64,000 nt of DNA from Dehalococcoidia bacterium (GTDB lineage Bacteria; Chloroflexota; Dehalococcoidia; Plut-88900), in assembly GCA_965197585.1 (NCBI GenBank), contig OZ240215.1:320001-384000 (forward strand). The letters are read 5' to 3'. The notes under the pieces are model-generated. The model saw only the letters and a program-made list of their open reading frames with translations. It had not been told where the DNA came from and made no database searches. Numbering within the stretch: the first letter of the stretch is position 1; each line of letters starts with the position of its first letter. The position numbers and the translations under genes are program-made. This document shows, piece after piece, positions 9,609 to 18,736 of this stretch.

Positions 9609-9693
9609 GTTATGAATTCAGTCTTGTTAGGTCGAAGAAAGTGGGCTAGAGGGGACTGTACTGCGAACTTTTTGTTGGGAAGTGTCGCTGTAG
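9609..9693 (+). repeat. attP left arm (9609-9632), ~10 extra nt, right arm/integrase tail (9640-9693); att copy 3, likely left boundary of the ICE
   Basis: Left arm 16/24 identical to 63558-63581 (reads VMNSVLLG); tail 35/54 identical to 4094-4147 (reads SGLEGTVLRTFCWEVSL*). Confidence 0.7.
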
Positions 9694-9954
9694 GGAAGCG
9701 GAGTTGGTCAAGCGAGACTCTTCCAGGAGAAGGGCCGGTAGGCCTGCGGGGCCTGCGATGCCCACCTTGAGACGGGCTCCCGGGCATTCACCCTCCAGGA
9801 CTTTGCCGGCCAGTATGTCGGCTATGTCTGTCCGCCGTGCCATCCCAACCGCAAGTGGATGAACACCCTGTGGCGCAGCGTCCTCGGAGATGACTGGGCC
9901 ATCCAGCAGAGTCAGCAGACCCTGTCCGTCAACATTTTGACGCGCACAGTCCAT
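9646..9954 (-). CDS. hypothetical protein; 3' end overlaps att copy 3
   Basis: TAATG coupling to the upstream gene; may be truncated by recombination at the att site. Confidence 0.45.
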   Translation of the reverse strand: MDCARQNVDGQGLLTLLDGPVISEDAAPQGVHPLAVGMARRTDIADILAGKVLEGECPGARLKVGIAGPAGLPALLLEESRLTNSASLQRHFPTKSSQYSPL

Positions 9955-10925
9955 TAGATGATCTGGTCGACCTGCTCGTCAGAGAGGAAGTCCAGCGCAG
10001 CTTGCAGGTCTGATTTCTCCTGTCCGGGCGGCTGGGAGGGCAGCATCTCAAACCATGGCTCAGCAAGGTCATCGCGCACCCGCAAGAGGGGGGACCTCAG
10101 GAGGCTCAGAGTCGAAGAGGGCTGGAGCAGGCGGCCACCAGGGGTCATCTCGTAGGCGAAATGCAGCATAGGAGTGCCTCTCCAGCCGGGATAGGTCACG
10201 GTCGGCTTGGGTGTCACTCTGACACCGGAACTAGAAGCAGCTCGACCAATAATGTAGCTTAGAGTTCCATGAACAAGTCGTGCTGCTTCCTCATTGGCGT
10301 TCGTGCTATCGCCTAATAGACAGTCAATGACCTCTCTGGTCTCTCCGCTCACCTCTTTCCTCTCTTCAGACAGGAACTGTCGCATCTCATGCTTGTCTCT
10401 TCGGCCGTAACGCGACTCGACCGTAAGGATGAGAAGCCACGGCTGGTGCGCATCCAAGCGGTCATCGTTAAATAGGCGGTACAGAGCGTTGGCCCTATTC
10501 CGCACTACTCGGCCGCCCCTCTCGTAGGGTAGAAACTTCCCAAAGTAGTCCAAATAGACGACATCAAAATCCCAGATGTACCCCACACCGCGTTGATAGC
10601 TGTTCGAAACATGCCTCGGTGAGGGCCCCTTGCCCTTGTTCGTTAGTATGACGCGGTCGACGTCCCCTAGATGGGCTCTGGGCCGTAGGTGCCCATACTC
10701 AGTGCTAAGGACATGTTGCAGTCTCCTAAAGTTCCCGTGGCAAAACTCGACGGCGGCTACATACTCGCAAAGGTCACCCCAACTCTTTAGGTCTAGTGCC
10801 TGTACTCCGGGCAGCCCGAAGTACCGGATCGGGCCTCTCTTTCGGCGATGGGCGGCTTGGACTAATGGAAGGTCGTACTTTTCTCGAACTAGGTCCTTGG
10901 CTCTGCTGGACTGATAGCGCCCCAT
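9954..10925 (-). CDS. putative SAM-dependent methyltransferase-fold protein
   Basis: Rossmann-like motifs RYFGLPG..LD, VAAVE, HLGDVD, FDVVYLDYFG. Confidence 0.55.
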   Translation of the reverse strand: MGRYQSSRAKDLVREKYDLPLVQAAHRRKRGPIRYFGLPGVQALDLKSWGDLCEYVAAVEFCHGNFRRLQHVLSTEYGHLRPRAHLGDVDRVILTNKGKGPSPRHVSNSYQRGVGYIWDFDVVYLDYFGKFLPYERGGRVVRNRANALYRLFNDDRLDAHQPWLLILTVESRYGRRDKHEMRQFLSEERKEVSGETREVIDCLLGDSTNANEEAARLVHGTLSYIIGRAASSSGVRVTPKPTVTYPGWRGTPMLHFAYEMTPGGRLLQPSSTLSLLRSPLLRVRDDLAEPWFEMLPSQPPGQEKSDLQAALDFLSDEQVDQII

Positions 10926-10935
10926 CGGCCGTACT

Positions 10936-12798
10936 TTAGATCTCTCTTTCTTCAGCTACAGAGTCGGCAATGGCACGCAGGACCGCCTCATACGCTTCGC
11001 CTCTTCCTCCAAGTCCTGCAACCAGCCCCCGATCAATTGCCCTGACAAGGCTCTCCTCATCAGCCTCCAAGTTGACTCCCTGCTGCACAAGGGCCTCCTC
11101 CAGCGAAACCGGTGCCTCCGCGGACCATCCCACAGCAACCCTCAGCTCCTTCCGGCAGGTTTCCACATCAGAATCCAGTTCGATACCGTCCGCCTTCAGC
11201 TCATCGAGAACGCCGACAGCCCGAGCCATCGCAACTGACTTCACGTGTGGCTGCAGCTCTGCCACCGCTCCCTTGAGTCGAGGCTCGCCAGAGTCCTCTG
11301 ATAGCGCCTCAACCGCCTCTAGAGTCCTGCGGAGTAGATCAGATTGGGGCGGGGGCTGCTTTGTCTGCTGCTTCTGCTTCTCGGTTCTCTGGTGCGCAGA
11401 CCTCTTCACCTGATTCAGCTGCGCCATCCAACCTTCTAGCCCCTTGAGAGCGTCCTCCAGTGCCTCCTGTTGGGCTACATCGAACCTCGGCTTCGGGCGA
11501 CCCCTGGTCGCCCTCATATGCCTCTCAATCTCTGCGTGTACATTTTCTAGTCCGCCGTGATGGGTTACAGCTTTCCTGTACACTTCAAAGGGGTCTGCGT
11601 CTGGAGCATCCTTCTCGATTCTCAGCTGCGCAACTATCCCTTCCATGTTGTCCAGGAGGCGCTCAGCACGTGCGCTTGCCTGCATGGCTCGTGCCTTACG
11701 GCTCATGGGATAGAAGAAGTCAGAGAGCTGTTTCTCGAAGAGTTGTTTACCGGGGTTGCTTTCCAAGTCGTCTCGAGCCGCGTTGGGATAGAGCCTTCCT
11801 GAGTCCAGAAGATGGACCTCGCCTGTATAGTGATGGTATAGGCTTCGTCCTCCAGTGGCAGGCCAGAGCGGCTTGAGCAGGTCTCGTCTACCCAAGGTGA
11901 ACCCTTTCATCTTCAGAAGGAATCCGCTTACCATAGCCCCTTCGTCCTGAGAAGGGATCTGTCGCCCGTTTGTGGATAGGGCATACCAGACAAACGCCAT
12001 CGGAGTACCATCTGGATGGTTGATCCAACCAATCTCGGGGCGGTAGACAGCTGCAGCCACGGGCGGCAAGACGTTTATCTCAACCTCTTCTGCGATTCTC
12101 AGGGTGACCCGGACCGGATTCAACTCCACATGGTCGACGAGCCATCCGTTGACCGTGCCTCCATAGCCCTCTGTACCAAACGCAACAGGGACCGTATTCA
12201 GCAGGTAATTGTTTACCTCTGAAGCATCATTCAGCTGAGCACGATACTCTTCATCGATCCCTTCAAGCTCCACAACAGTGAAATGGTCGTCAGGGCTACC
12301 TCTGTAGGGCTCCTCAAATAGTTCTGTGTATTCAAGCATGAGACCCGGCAGTCCAATCCCCTGCCTGATATCAAAGCTCTTGTCGGATTCAAGCAGGCGG
12401 CGCATCTCACCAAACCGAAATCTCCAGCCGACCAGGCCGGACATGCCCTCCTGGCGGCTTGAAATGGTCATCTCATCGCAGATACCGAATGCCGAGTAGA
12501 TTCCTATACCGCGAAACCCTACCGCCTGCATAGGGCTCTTGGCAGATAACCCAAATCTTCGCGCGTCTCGCATCTCATTGAGGTCCATCCCCGTCCCATC
12601 ATCTCTGATGACCGCCCGAGAGCCATCCACAGTGATAATGATGTTCCGAGCCTTGGCATCCACGCCATTCTGAACATACTCTCTCAGCGCGTCCTTCGCG
12701 TCGGAGTACAGGCCGCGAGACAGAATGTCGAGCAGCTCACCTCCAACCTCCCAGCTTTGAAACTGGACAGTCTGAGTCTTACGCTCACTTTGGGTCAT
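10936..12798 (-). CDS. GHKL (HSP90/MORC-like) ATPase, copy 2
   Basis: GLYSD...REYVQNGVDA, IRDDGTGM, GFRGIG, PNAARD; C-terminal coiled coil; start moved to ATG 12798 (GGAGG RBS). Confidence 0.85.
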   Translation of the reverse strand: MTQSERKTQTVQFQSWEVGGELLDILSRGLYSDAKDALREYVQNGVDAKARNIIITVDGSRAVIRDDGTGMDLNEMRDARRFGLSAKSPMQAVGFRGIGIYSAFGICDEMTISSRQEGMSGLVGWRFRFGEMRRLLESDKSFDIRQGIGLPGLMLEYTELFEEPYRGSPDDHFTVVELEGIDEEYRAQLNDASEVNNYLLNTVPVAFGTEGYGGTVNGWLVDHVELNPVRVTLRIAEEVEINVLPPVAAAVYRPEIGWINHPDGTPMAFVWYALSTNGRQIPSQDEGAMVSGFLLKMKGFTLGRRDLLKPLWPATGGRSLYHHYTGEVHLLDSGRLYPNAARDDLESNPGKQLFEKQLSDFFYPMSRKARAMQASARAERLLDNMEGIVAQLRIEKDAPDADPFEVYRKAVTHHGGLENVHAEIERHMRATRGRPKPRFDVAQQEALEDALKGLEGWMAQLNQVKRSAHQRTEKQKQQTKQPPPQSDLLRRTLEAVEALSEDSGEPRLKGAVAELQPHVKSVAMARAVGVLDELKADGIELDSDVETCRKELRVAVGWSAEAPVSLEEALVQQGVNLEADEESLVRAIDRGLVAGLGGRGEAYEAVLRAIADSVAEEREI

Positions 12799-13133
12799 GG
12801 ATTGTACCTCCGTGTCCACATCACACCTACGGTGCGCCGATCGTCTGCTCGCGTTCGACCCTGGCCACCGCACTCCTCAACCGATAGTTGTCTTACGCCG
12901 CCCACAGAAATCAGATAGTTCGCCTCTCGATGACTGTCTTCACACATGCCATGGGCTATTGCGGTGGAGGGCGACGTCAGCAACACGCTTCGTGATCCTG
13001 GGAGGATAGTCCGCTGGGGCACGCTCGTCAAGGTTGACGAATGCAAGCGACGGTTTGTACAGATAAGTGCATTGTCAACACGGAGAATGAGGCTCAAAGC
13101 CCCGGTTCATGGCAGCCCCTCAATTAACCGCAT

Positions 13134-14141
13134 CTACCGTCCACGCTGCCTGTTAATGCGTTCAATGGACTGCTGGATCTTTCCAACCTCGTATAGGCAC
13201 TTGTCCTGCTGCTCAGGGGACATTCGCTCCAGGTCGGCCATGAACTCAGAGACCTGCAGTTCGCCTCTGAATCGCTTGAACCGGCGCAGCCAAATGTTTT
13301 TGACGCCACGGTCTTGAGCACTCTCGAATGCCCTATCAAATGTCTTGTCGCCGGACAGGAGGATCTTGGTAGGCTCTGACCCCACTTTTGCCACGTCGAG
13401 GAGTTTGACCAGCTTGTTTCTGACATCCACAGCGGCTGGAATTTCCCTGTGCTTAATCTTTACAACAACAATGTCATCAAGCGCCGGGTTTTCCCGACGA
13501 GCCTTTCTCACTATGTTGGACTTCAAGTACTCATCGTAGTAACTCCACCGTGTAACGCTGGTCTCATCGTGTTCAACCATGAACTTGTATGTGCTGATTA
13601 GGTGGTTCACCGTTCTCACCGGTATTCCCATCTCGCTTGCCATACTCTCGGCACTGACCCCATGGGTGACATTCCTGCGGTATAGGTACCCCGCCTGTTC
13701 GTAGGGAGCCCAGTCCTTTCTGCCGATGATATGGTATTCACCGAGCAGCGCAAACACGAGCTTCTCGCTGATGTCAGAAGGCAGCAATCGAACTTTGGCC
13801 TTGCCCCAGTTTATGGCGTCGTTTCTAGCAAGCTCGCGGTACGCGGCAAGCCGGCTGTTTCCTTCAAGCACTACGAGGTCGCCATCCTTCACAAGCATGG
13901 GGTCGGTCAGTCCTCCGTTTGCCCTGATCGACTGAATTAGTTGCTTGACGTGGTCCAACCCCTTCAGACGATTGAATATCTCATCCTGGGACGGTTCAAC
14001 ACCCGGCCTTTGGATTAGCGAATAAATCCTTGGGTTCTCTGAATAAAAGCTGAGGTCGTGGACTGGAAGATACCCGCTCCGAACCGGTATCTCCTGACCA
14101 CCAAGTGTAAGGGTGTCGTTTACCCACGTAGAATCAGCCAT
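13134..14141 (-). CDS. ParB/Srx-like N-terminal domain protein, copy 2
   Basis: NPRI, SIRANGGLTDPMLV, VVLEGNSRLAA, WAPYEQAGYL. Confidence 0.8.
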   Translation of the reverse strand: MADSTWVNDTLTLGGQEIPVRSGYLPVHDLSFYSENPRIYSLIQRPGVEPSQDEIFNRLKGLDHVKQLIQSIRANGGLTDPMLVKDGDLVVLEGNSRLAAYRELARNDAINWGKAKVRLLPSDISEKLVFALLGEYHIIGRKDWAPYEQAGYLYRRNVTHGVSAESMASEMGIPVRTVNHLISTYKFMVEHDETSVTRWSYYDEYLKSNIVRKARRENPALDDIVVVKIKHREIPAAVDVRNKLVKLLDVAKVGSEPTKILLSGDKTFDRAFESAQDRGVKNIWLRRFKRFRGELQVSEFMADLERMSPEQQDKCLYEVGKIQQSIERINRQRGR

Positions 14142-14162
14142 TATCCGTGTCTCCCGATTGGT

Positions 14163-15632
14163 CTATGCATCCAATATGGCTCGCAGGATGCCCCCAAATT
14201 CGTAGGACATCTCCTTTTGATAAGTCTCCCTGTCGATGTCTCCCTGTGCGAGCTGTGCTGCGACCCGTTTGGAGTGAAGCAGCGCCTCAACCCATTCGTC
14301 TATCGAATCGCGCATAATCAGGTTGTGAACGTGGCAGACCCTGTCCTGGGATATCCGATGTATCCTGTCCTGCGCCTGCAGATAGTCGTCCAGACTGAAC
14401 AGCCGGTCGTAGAAGATAACGTGGTTCGCTACGGTAAGTGTCAGACCTTCCTTGGCGGAGCCTGGAGTCGCAATGAACACCTTGGCACTCGGATCATCGA
14501 GAAATGTGCGAATCGCAACGGTCTGGTCCCTTGTGCTCAACATGCCGTGGACCAGCTGAGGATTGTGCCTGCGCAGAATTCTTGCCAGCCACTCAACGTT
14601 GTCAACGAACGACGTCCAGACTATGCACTTTTCCCCATTTCCGACTATCGATGAGACGAGCTCAAGCAGGGTCTCCAGCTTCCCGGGCTCGACCTGGTAG
14701 CTTGAGTCAATGAGGTTGGGATTCGACGTAATCTGTACCAGCCTGAGCAGGCGTTTCAACACCACGTCCGACTCATCGGCCATGAGCTGCCCGTCTTGGA
14801 AGATGATAGCCCGCAGAGATTCCCTGACCTGCCTGTACAGGTCCTGCTGACGAGGTTCCCATTCGGTCACCACGGAGTGAACAACCTTGTCAGGAAGGCT
14901 TATCTCGGCGCTTGCCTTGGTCTCCCTTACGGCAAACCCCGATATGGATTGGAAGATGCGCCGTAGCTGAATCTCCAGGGCCTTCTGCCGGCTTTCAACA
15001 CCCGCCATGTCATTCGACAGGTCCACTGATCGTTTAAATGCCCCAAAATCATTTCCAAGCGACGACCCGCCGTCGAGGAACTTGATCTGCGACCAGATGT
15101 CATGTGGTCGATTGGAAACTGGAGTCCCGGACATAATCACTCGCCTAGTGAATAGAGGAGCGAGATCAAAGAATGTCTTGGTGAGAGCCGTGTCGGGGTT
15201 CTTGATCTTAGTTGACTCGTCGAGAATCACCCCGACATTTCTAGTCCTTAGAAATAGATGCATTCGCTCCTTCTCGGCCCTCACGGCCTCGTAGTGAGCG
15301 AGCATAATCCGGGCGGGGCTGTTGAAGACGTAGAAGTTTCCCCCACGGTTATTGGTCAGGACACGAGGAGTGAGTCGAGAGTGGGAAGAAAGTTCCCTCT
15401 GCCAGTTGTCAAGGAGTCCCTTCTTGACAACGATCAAAGCGGTGTCCAATAGCCGATTAGACAACCAGTAGACAATGAGGTCTATAGCAACCTTCGTCTT
15501 TCCCAACCCCTGTTCATGGAATATGGCGGCATACCTGAGGTCCTTGACCGCATTGACAGCTTCCAGTTGGTATGCGAAAGCCTCGTGCTTCAGGGTGAGG
15601 TCTGGCTCTCTCTTTAGTGTCAGCTTTTGCAA
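14163..15632 (-). CDS. SNF2-family helicase/translocase (minimal two-domain)
   Basis: EQGLGKT, ILDESTKIKN, SGTP, EGLTLT, QAQDRIHRI. Confidence 0.9.
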   Translation of the reverse strand: MQKLTLKREPDLTLKHEAFAYQLEAVNAVKDLRYAAIFHEQGLGKTKVAIDLIVYWLSNRLLDTALIVVKKGLLDNWQRELSSHSRLTPRVLTNNRGGNFYVFNSPARIMLAHYEAVRAEKERMHLFLRTRNVGVILDESTKIKNPDTALTKTFFDLAPLFTRRVIMSGTPVSNRPHDIWSQIKFLDGGSSLGNDFGAFKRSVDLSNDMAGVESRQKALEIQLRRIFQSISGFAVRETKASAEISLPDKVVHSVVTEWEPRQQDLYRQVRESLRAIIFQDGQLMADESDVVLKRLLRLVQITSNPNLIDSSYQVEPGKLETLLELVSSIVGNGEKCIVWTSFVDNVEWLARILRRHNPQLVHGMLSTRDQTVAIRTFLDDPSAKVFIATPGSAKEGLTLTVANHVIFYDRLFSLDDYLQAQDRIHRISQDRVCHVHNLIMRDSIDEWVEALLHSKRVAAQLAQGDIDRETYQKEMSYEFGGILRAILDA

Positions 15633-16096
15633 TGGGTCGACCTTCCTGACGTGGTCACCGTACCGGTCCGATTTGCCTCCGAAAGAACTACGGTTTCAGC
15701 GTGAGGCAATCCCTCTCTGACCTGGAGATTCGTTAGTAATGCCCTGGCCAGTCTCTCAATAGGCCATGGAACCGCCAGTATGAGGGCCGAGCCTTCCACC
15801 ATCCCGCATCTTCTCAGGAATGCCGTGACCTGAGATTCTGTATGCGAGTTCTCCAGATCCCTCATGCTCTTGGCTTCGCCTATGACTACTCTTCCCTGTT
15901 GGTTGAGCATGACATAGGCGTCCGGCACGTACCCTTCAATAGATGGTGGGCGAGTACGCGATTCACTGCTGACGGAGTCGGTAAAGACGCGTTCCCGTTG
16001 ACCCTCGCAGAATCTATCCGCGATGTAGCTGTGGAGTATGGCAACCAAATTTGAGTGTTCCTCTGACTCAGGCACCAGTAGGAGAGGGTGAGGCAA
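15620..16096 (-). CDS. small PD-(D/E)xK-type nuclease-like protein
   Basis: GYVPDAYV...IGEAKS motif; overlaps both neighbours. Confidence 0.65.
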   Translation of the reverse strand: MPHPLLLVPESEEHSNLVAILHSYIADRFCEGQRERVFTDSVSSESRTRPPSIEGYVPDAYVMLNQQGRVVIGEAKSMRDLENSHTESQVTAFLRRCGMVEGSALILAVPWPIERLARALLTNLQVREGLPHAETVVLSEANRTGTVTTSGRSTHCKS

Positions 16097-17135
16097 TGTC
16101 CCTGCAGAGTTCAGCCAACTGATCCCTGGCCTCTGTTAGGGTATGATTTTCCGGAGTGTCTAGGTCTTCACGAAGACGACGCAGGTCGGTGTAGCTCATT
16201 TTGTCTATGCGGTCCAGGAGCGCATTGGCGAGCTGGGCAAGTGTGGCGTCCTCCAGTGCCTCTACCGTAGAGGGACTGTCAAGAACCTTTTCCGCCTCGC
16301 GAGCTCCATGTGACAGAAATACTTTTCTGGACTCCGGATTTGCGAGGATAGGCGGGAGCCTTCTGACTCGGTCGGATGGATACATAAGCTGGTTGTTGAC
16401 CCAACTGGCGAAATCTGTCTTAGTGTAACCCGAGGTTACGAGAGCTTCCTGCACCCGCGGTGCTTGCATTTCGAGGAAAGCGCTGAACCGCGTTTGGTCA
16501 AACTGGTCATCACTAGTAAGGAGTGGGCGGTAATGATCCTCCATGTCGTTGTAAGCGTCGATGAATCGGTGCACCTCCGTCCTCTGCCCGCCGCAGAAAT
16601 CGATGATCTGATCAGTTGTCAGGTGCTCCGAGTTGCTTAGATAGTCCAGGTACTTGGCCTTCGAGTAAGGGTCCCATTGTCTTGGGCCGACCAGGTGAGC
16701 CTGTAGCCGAATGGCATCGATTTCCTTTTCGTCGAGTTGGTCGTACACGATTGCGGGAATTTCGTCCCATCTGCCACTATCATCGTCACTCCTGAACTGG
16801 CGGTAGATAAGGGCACGGGTATTTCCCTCAATGACGACAAGCCTGTTTTGATTCTCCCTGTTGACCAAGATGGGATGGATAAGACCTCCATGAGTCCTTA
16901 TCGATGCCCTCAGACTCTGGAAAGTGGTTGTGTTCTCACCTTGCTGGTAGTTGGCGGCGCCGAGAGCCAGGCTCATCTGGTCATCGGTTACATCGCCGCC
17001 GTACATCTCAATATAACGCGCCACCCGGGGATTGGACGTATCGAGCACTAGCGTCTCGACCGGAAGCATCGCGAATTGACCGTTTTTTGCAACCATACTG
17101 TTTCTCTCCAGCGGCACATCAACCGAGCGTGTCAC
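16068..17135 (-). CDS. ParB/Srx-like N-terminal domain protein, copy 1
   Basis: NPRV, SIRTHGGLIHPILV, VVIEGNTRAL, WDPYSKAKYL. Confidence 0.8.
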   Translation of the reverse strand: MTRSVDVPLERNSMVAKNGQFAMLPVETLVLDTSNPRVARYIEMYGGDVTDDQMSLALGAANYQQGENTTTFQSLRASIRTHGGLIHPILVNRENQNRLVVIEGNTRALIYRQFRSDDDSGRWDEIPAIVYDQLDEKEIDAIRLQAHLVGPRQWDPYSKAKYLDYLSNSEHLTTDQIIDFCGGQRTEVHRFIDAYNDMEDHYRPLLTSDDQFDQTRFSAFLEMQAPRVQEALVTSGYTKTDFASWVNNQLMYPSDRVRRLPPILANPESRKVFLSHGAREAEKVLDSPSTVEALEDATLAQLANALLDRIDKMSYTDLRRLREDLDTPENHTLTEARDQLAELCRDIASPSPTGA

Positions 17136-18736
17136 TACCTCGTCATTAGTGTCCCTGTATCATCCAGAGCCAGCCGGGCCTGGGAGTAATTTCCGATCCT
17201 TCTGTCTGGGTTTATGTCGGAGCTGTTTTGCCCGACCCTGGACGCTTCTGCGAACACCATTTCAATCAACTCTCTAGCGGTGCCCGGTGAGTGCGCGAGA
17301 GTCGCCAAAGCACCAAACACCCTCTGGTAGACGACAACCTCCGAGGAAGGTATGTCGCCGAGCCACTGCAGCTCCGTCTCAACTGAAAAGTTGTTCAATT
17401 TGCCTTCCGCATTATCGAGCCTCTCAAGAGTGTGCTTATCGATATTGTCATTACCGATGCTCTCGCGAACCTCCTCGACCTCCCGCAGCGCCTCCTGAAC
17501 CAGGTCGGCCGAGTCCTCTGCAGTTAGGTAACCGGACGTTGCCAGGGCATAGAGGTCCTCGATATTGCACAGTACCGTGAGAGCCTTCCTTGCATGGTTT
17601 CGAGCCGCGGACTCTCGCCTACACCGCGTGCTTAAGTTGCGTATCACGGGGGTCAGCTGGTTTTCGAGGTTTCGCAGGTGGGGTCCAGGTTCAAAGTAAT
17701 CACGCCTGGCGTTGGGAATGATTCGTGAGTCCAGGATATTCAGCTCCCCCACACACCATCGGTTGAAGCGTTCTTCTGTAAAGAGGTCGTCGAATACCGC
17801 CTCGCCACCAATCTGTATATTACCCATCCTGGCCCTGATGCCACGCACCCGCTGCTCTTTTGGGATCGCGCCCAGGTAGGACGAGTGCGCGATCCAACCA
17901 AGGACCGCCTCGCCGTTTCCGTCGACGCTCGGCATGCGGACCACCTCGAACTCCGTGAATTCGGCCTCCTTGTTTGCCGAGACTCGGATTGATGCCCCGT
18001 AAGGTCTTTCTACCGGTTTTGGATCTCCTTCCAGCAGAACTTCCAATGTTAGCGGCGCCTCAATGCCATAGAACAGTCCCTCGACTTTCTCGGCAAAGGG
18101 AAACTCTGAACTCATAGGCACTGGGCACACTTCGCCAACATAGTCGCGGACCGCGTCACGATTCAGTAGCAGTCCTGCGGAGTGACGCGCCACGTCTCCG
18201 ACTTCGACTTCGAAGAAATGATCAGGATGATCAGAATCTGGCAGGGCCTCCACATCGACGCGGTCAAGAATGGCCTCCTCAAGCTCCGACTCCGTGGAGG
18301 CCAGCTCGGTAAGCCGGTCGCTATGCCATGTGATTCGGGTTACCGCCTGATCCTCGTCGGCACGTGTGGTGAATGAGACTGTCTTTGCAAAGGCAAGTCC
18401 GGCGAGCCGTCCGACGCCACGGAAGCCCCTATCGATTCCCAGTGCCTTGTCACTGCGGCCAATGGGCAGTAGCCGTTCAAGTGCTTCCTTGCGGGACAGT
18501 CCAGGGCCGTAGTCTCGAATCCTGACTCGGCGTTCACTAACATCAATCGCGATATCTACCCTTGCTTTTCCAGGAAACCCGCTTCTCGTAACCGCGTCAG
18601 CTGCATTCTGTATGTACTCCCGGTATATGGACAGCGGGTTGCCGTACATCCCTGTTGTTACTAGCCCGAGAAGTCCCGCACCCGAGAGCCCCGGTGTCTC
18701 GTGACGGTCTAGCATACTATTCATATCGGCACTCAA
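17135..18736 (-). CDS. GHKL (HSP90/MORC-like) ATPase, copy 1
   Basis: GMYGN...REYIQNAADA, IRDYGPGL, GFRGVGRL, PNARRDYFE. Confidence 0.85.
   Translation of the reverse strand: MSADMNSMLDRHETPGLSGAGLLGLVTTGMYGNPLSIYREYIQNAADAVTRSGFPGKARVDIAIDVSERRVRIRDYGPGLSRKEALERLLPIGRSDKALGIDRGFRGVGRLAGLAFAKTVSFTTRADEDQAVTRITWHSDRLTELASTESELEEAILDRVDVEALPDSDHPDHFFEVEVGDVARHSAGLLLNRDAVRDYVGEVCPVPMSSEFPFAEKVEGLFYGIEAPLTLEVLLEGDPKPVERPYGASIRVSANKEAEFTEFEVVRMPSVDGNGEAVLGWIAHSSYLGAIPKEQRVRGIRARMGNIQIGGEAVFDDLFTEERFNRWCVGELNILDSRIIPNARRDYFEPGPHLRNLENQLTPVIRNLSTRCRRESAARNHARKALTVLCNIEDLYALATSGYLTAEDSADLVQEALREVEEVRESIGNDNIDKHTLERLDNAEGKLNNFSVETELQWLGDIPSSEVVVYQRVFGALATLAHSPGTARELIEMVFAEASRVGQNSSDINPDRRIGNYSQARLALDDTGTLMTR

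Noticed and set aside
12890-12905. Reverse-strand GTGGGCGGCGTAAGAC, 14/16 to the core of att copy 1, in the gap between the two defence modules
   Set aside because: Opposite orientation, outer GACTG..CGAAC motif and coding tail absent; may be chance. A PWM scan would decide.
13134-17135. ParB-like genes as ICE partitioning genes or the missing PRTRC ParB
   Set aside because: No ParA; divergent EGN.R-type ParB/Srx domains; translationally embedded in the radical SAM operon 14 kb or more from the PRTRC cluster.
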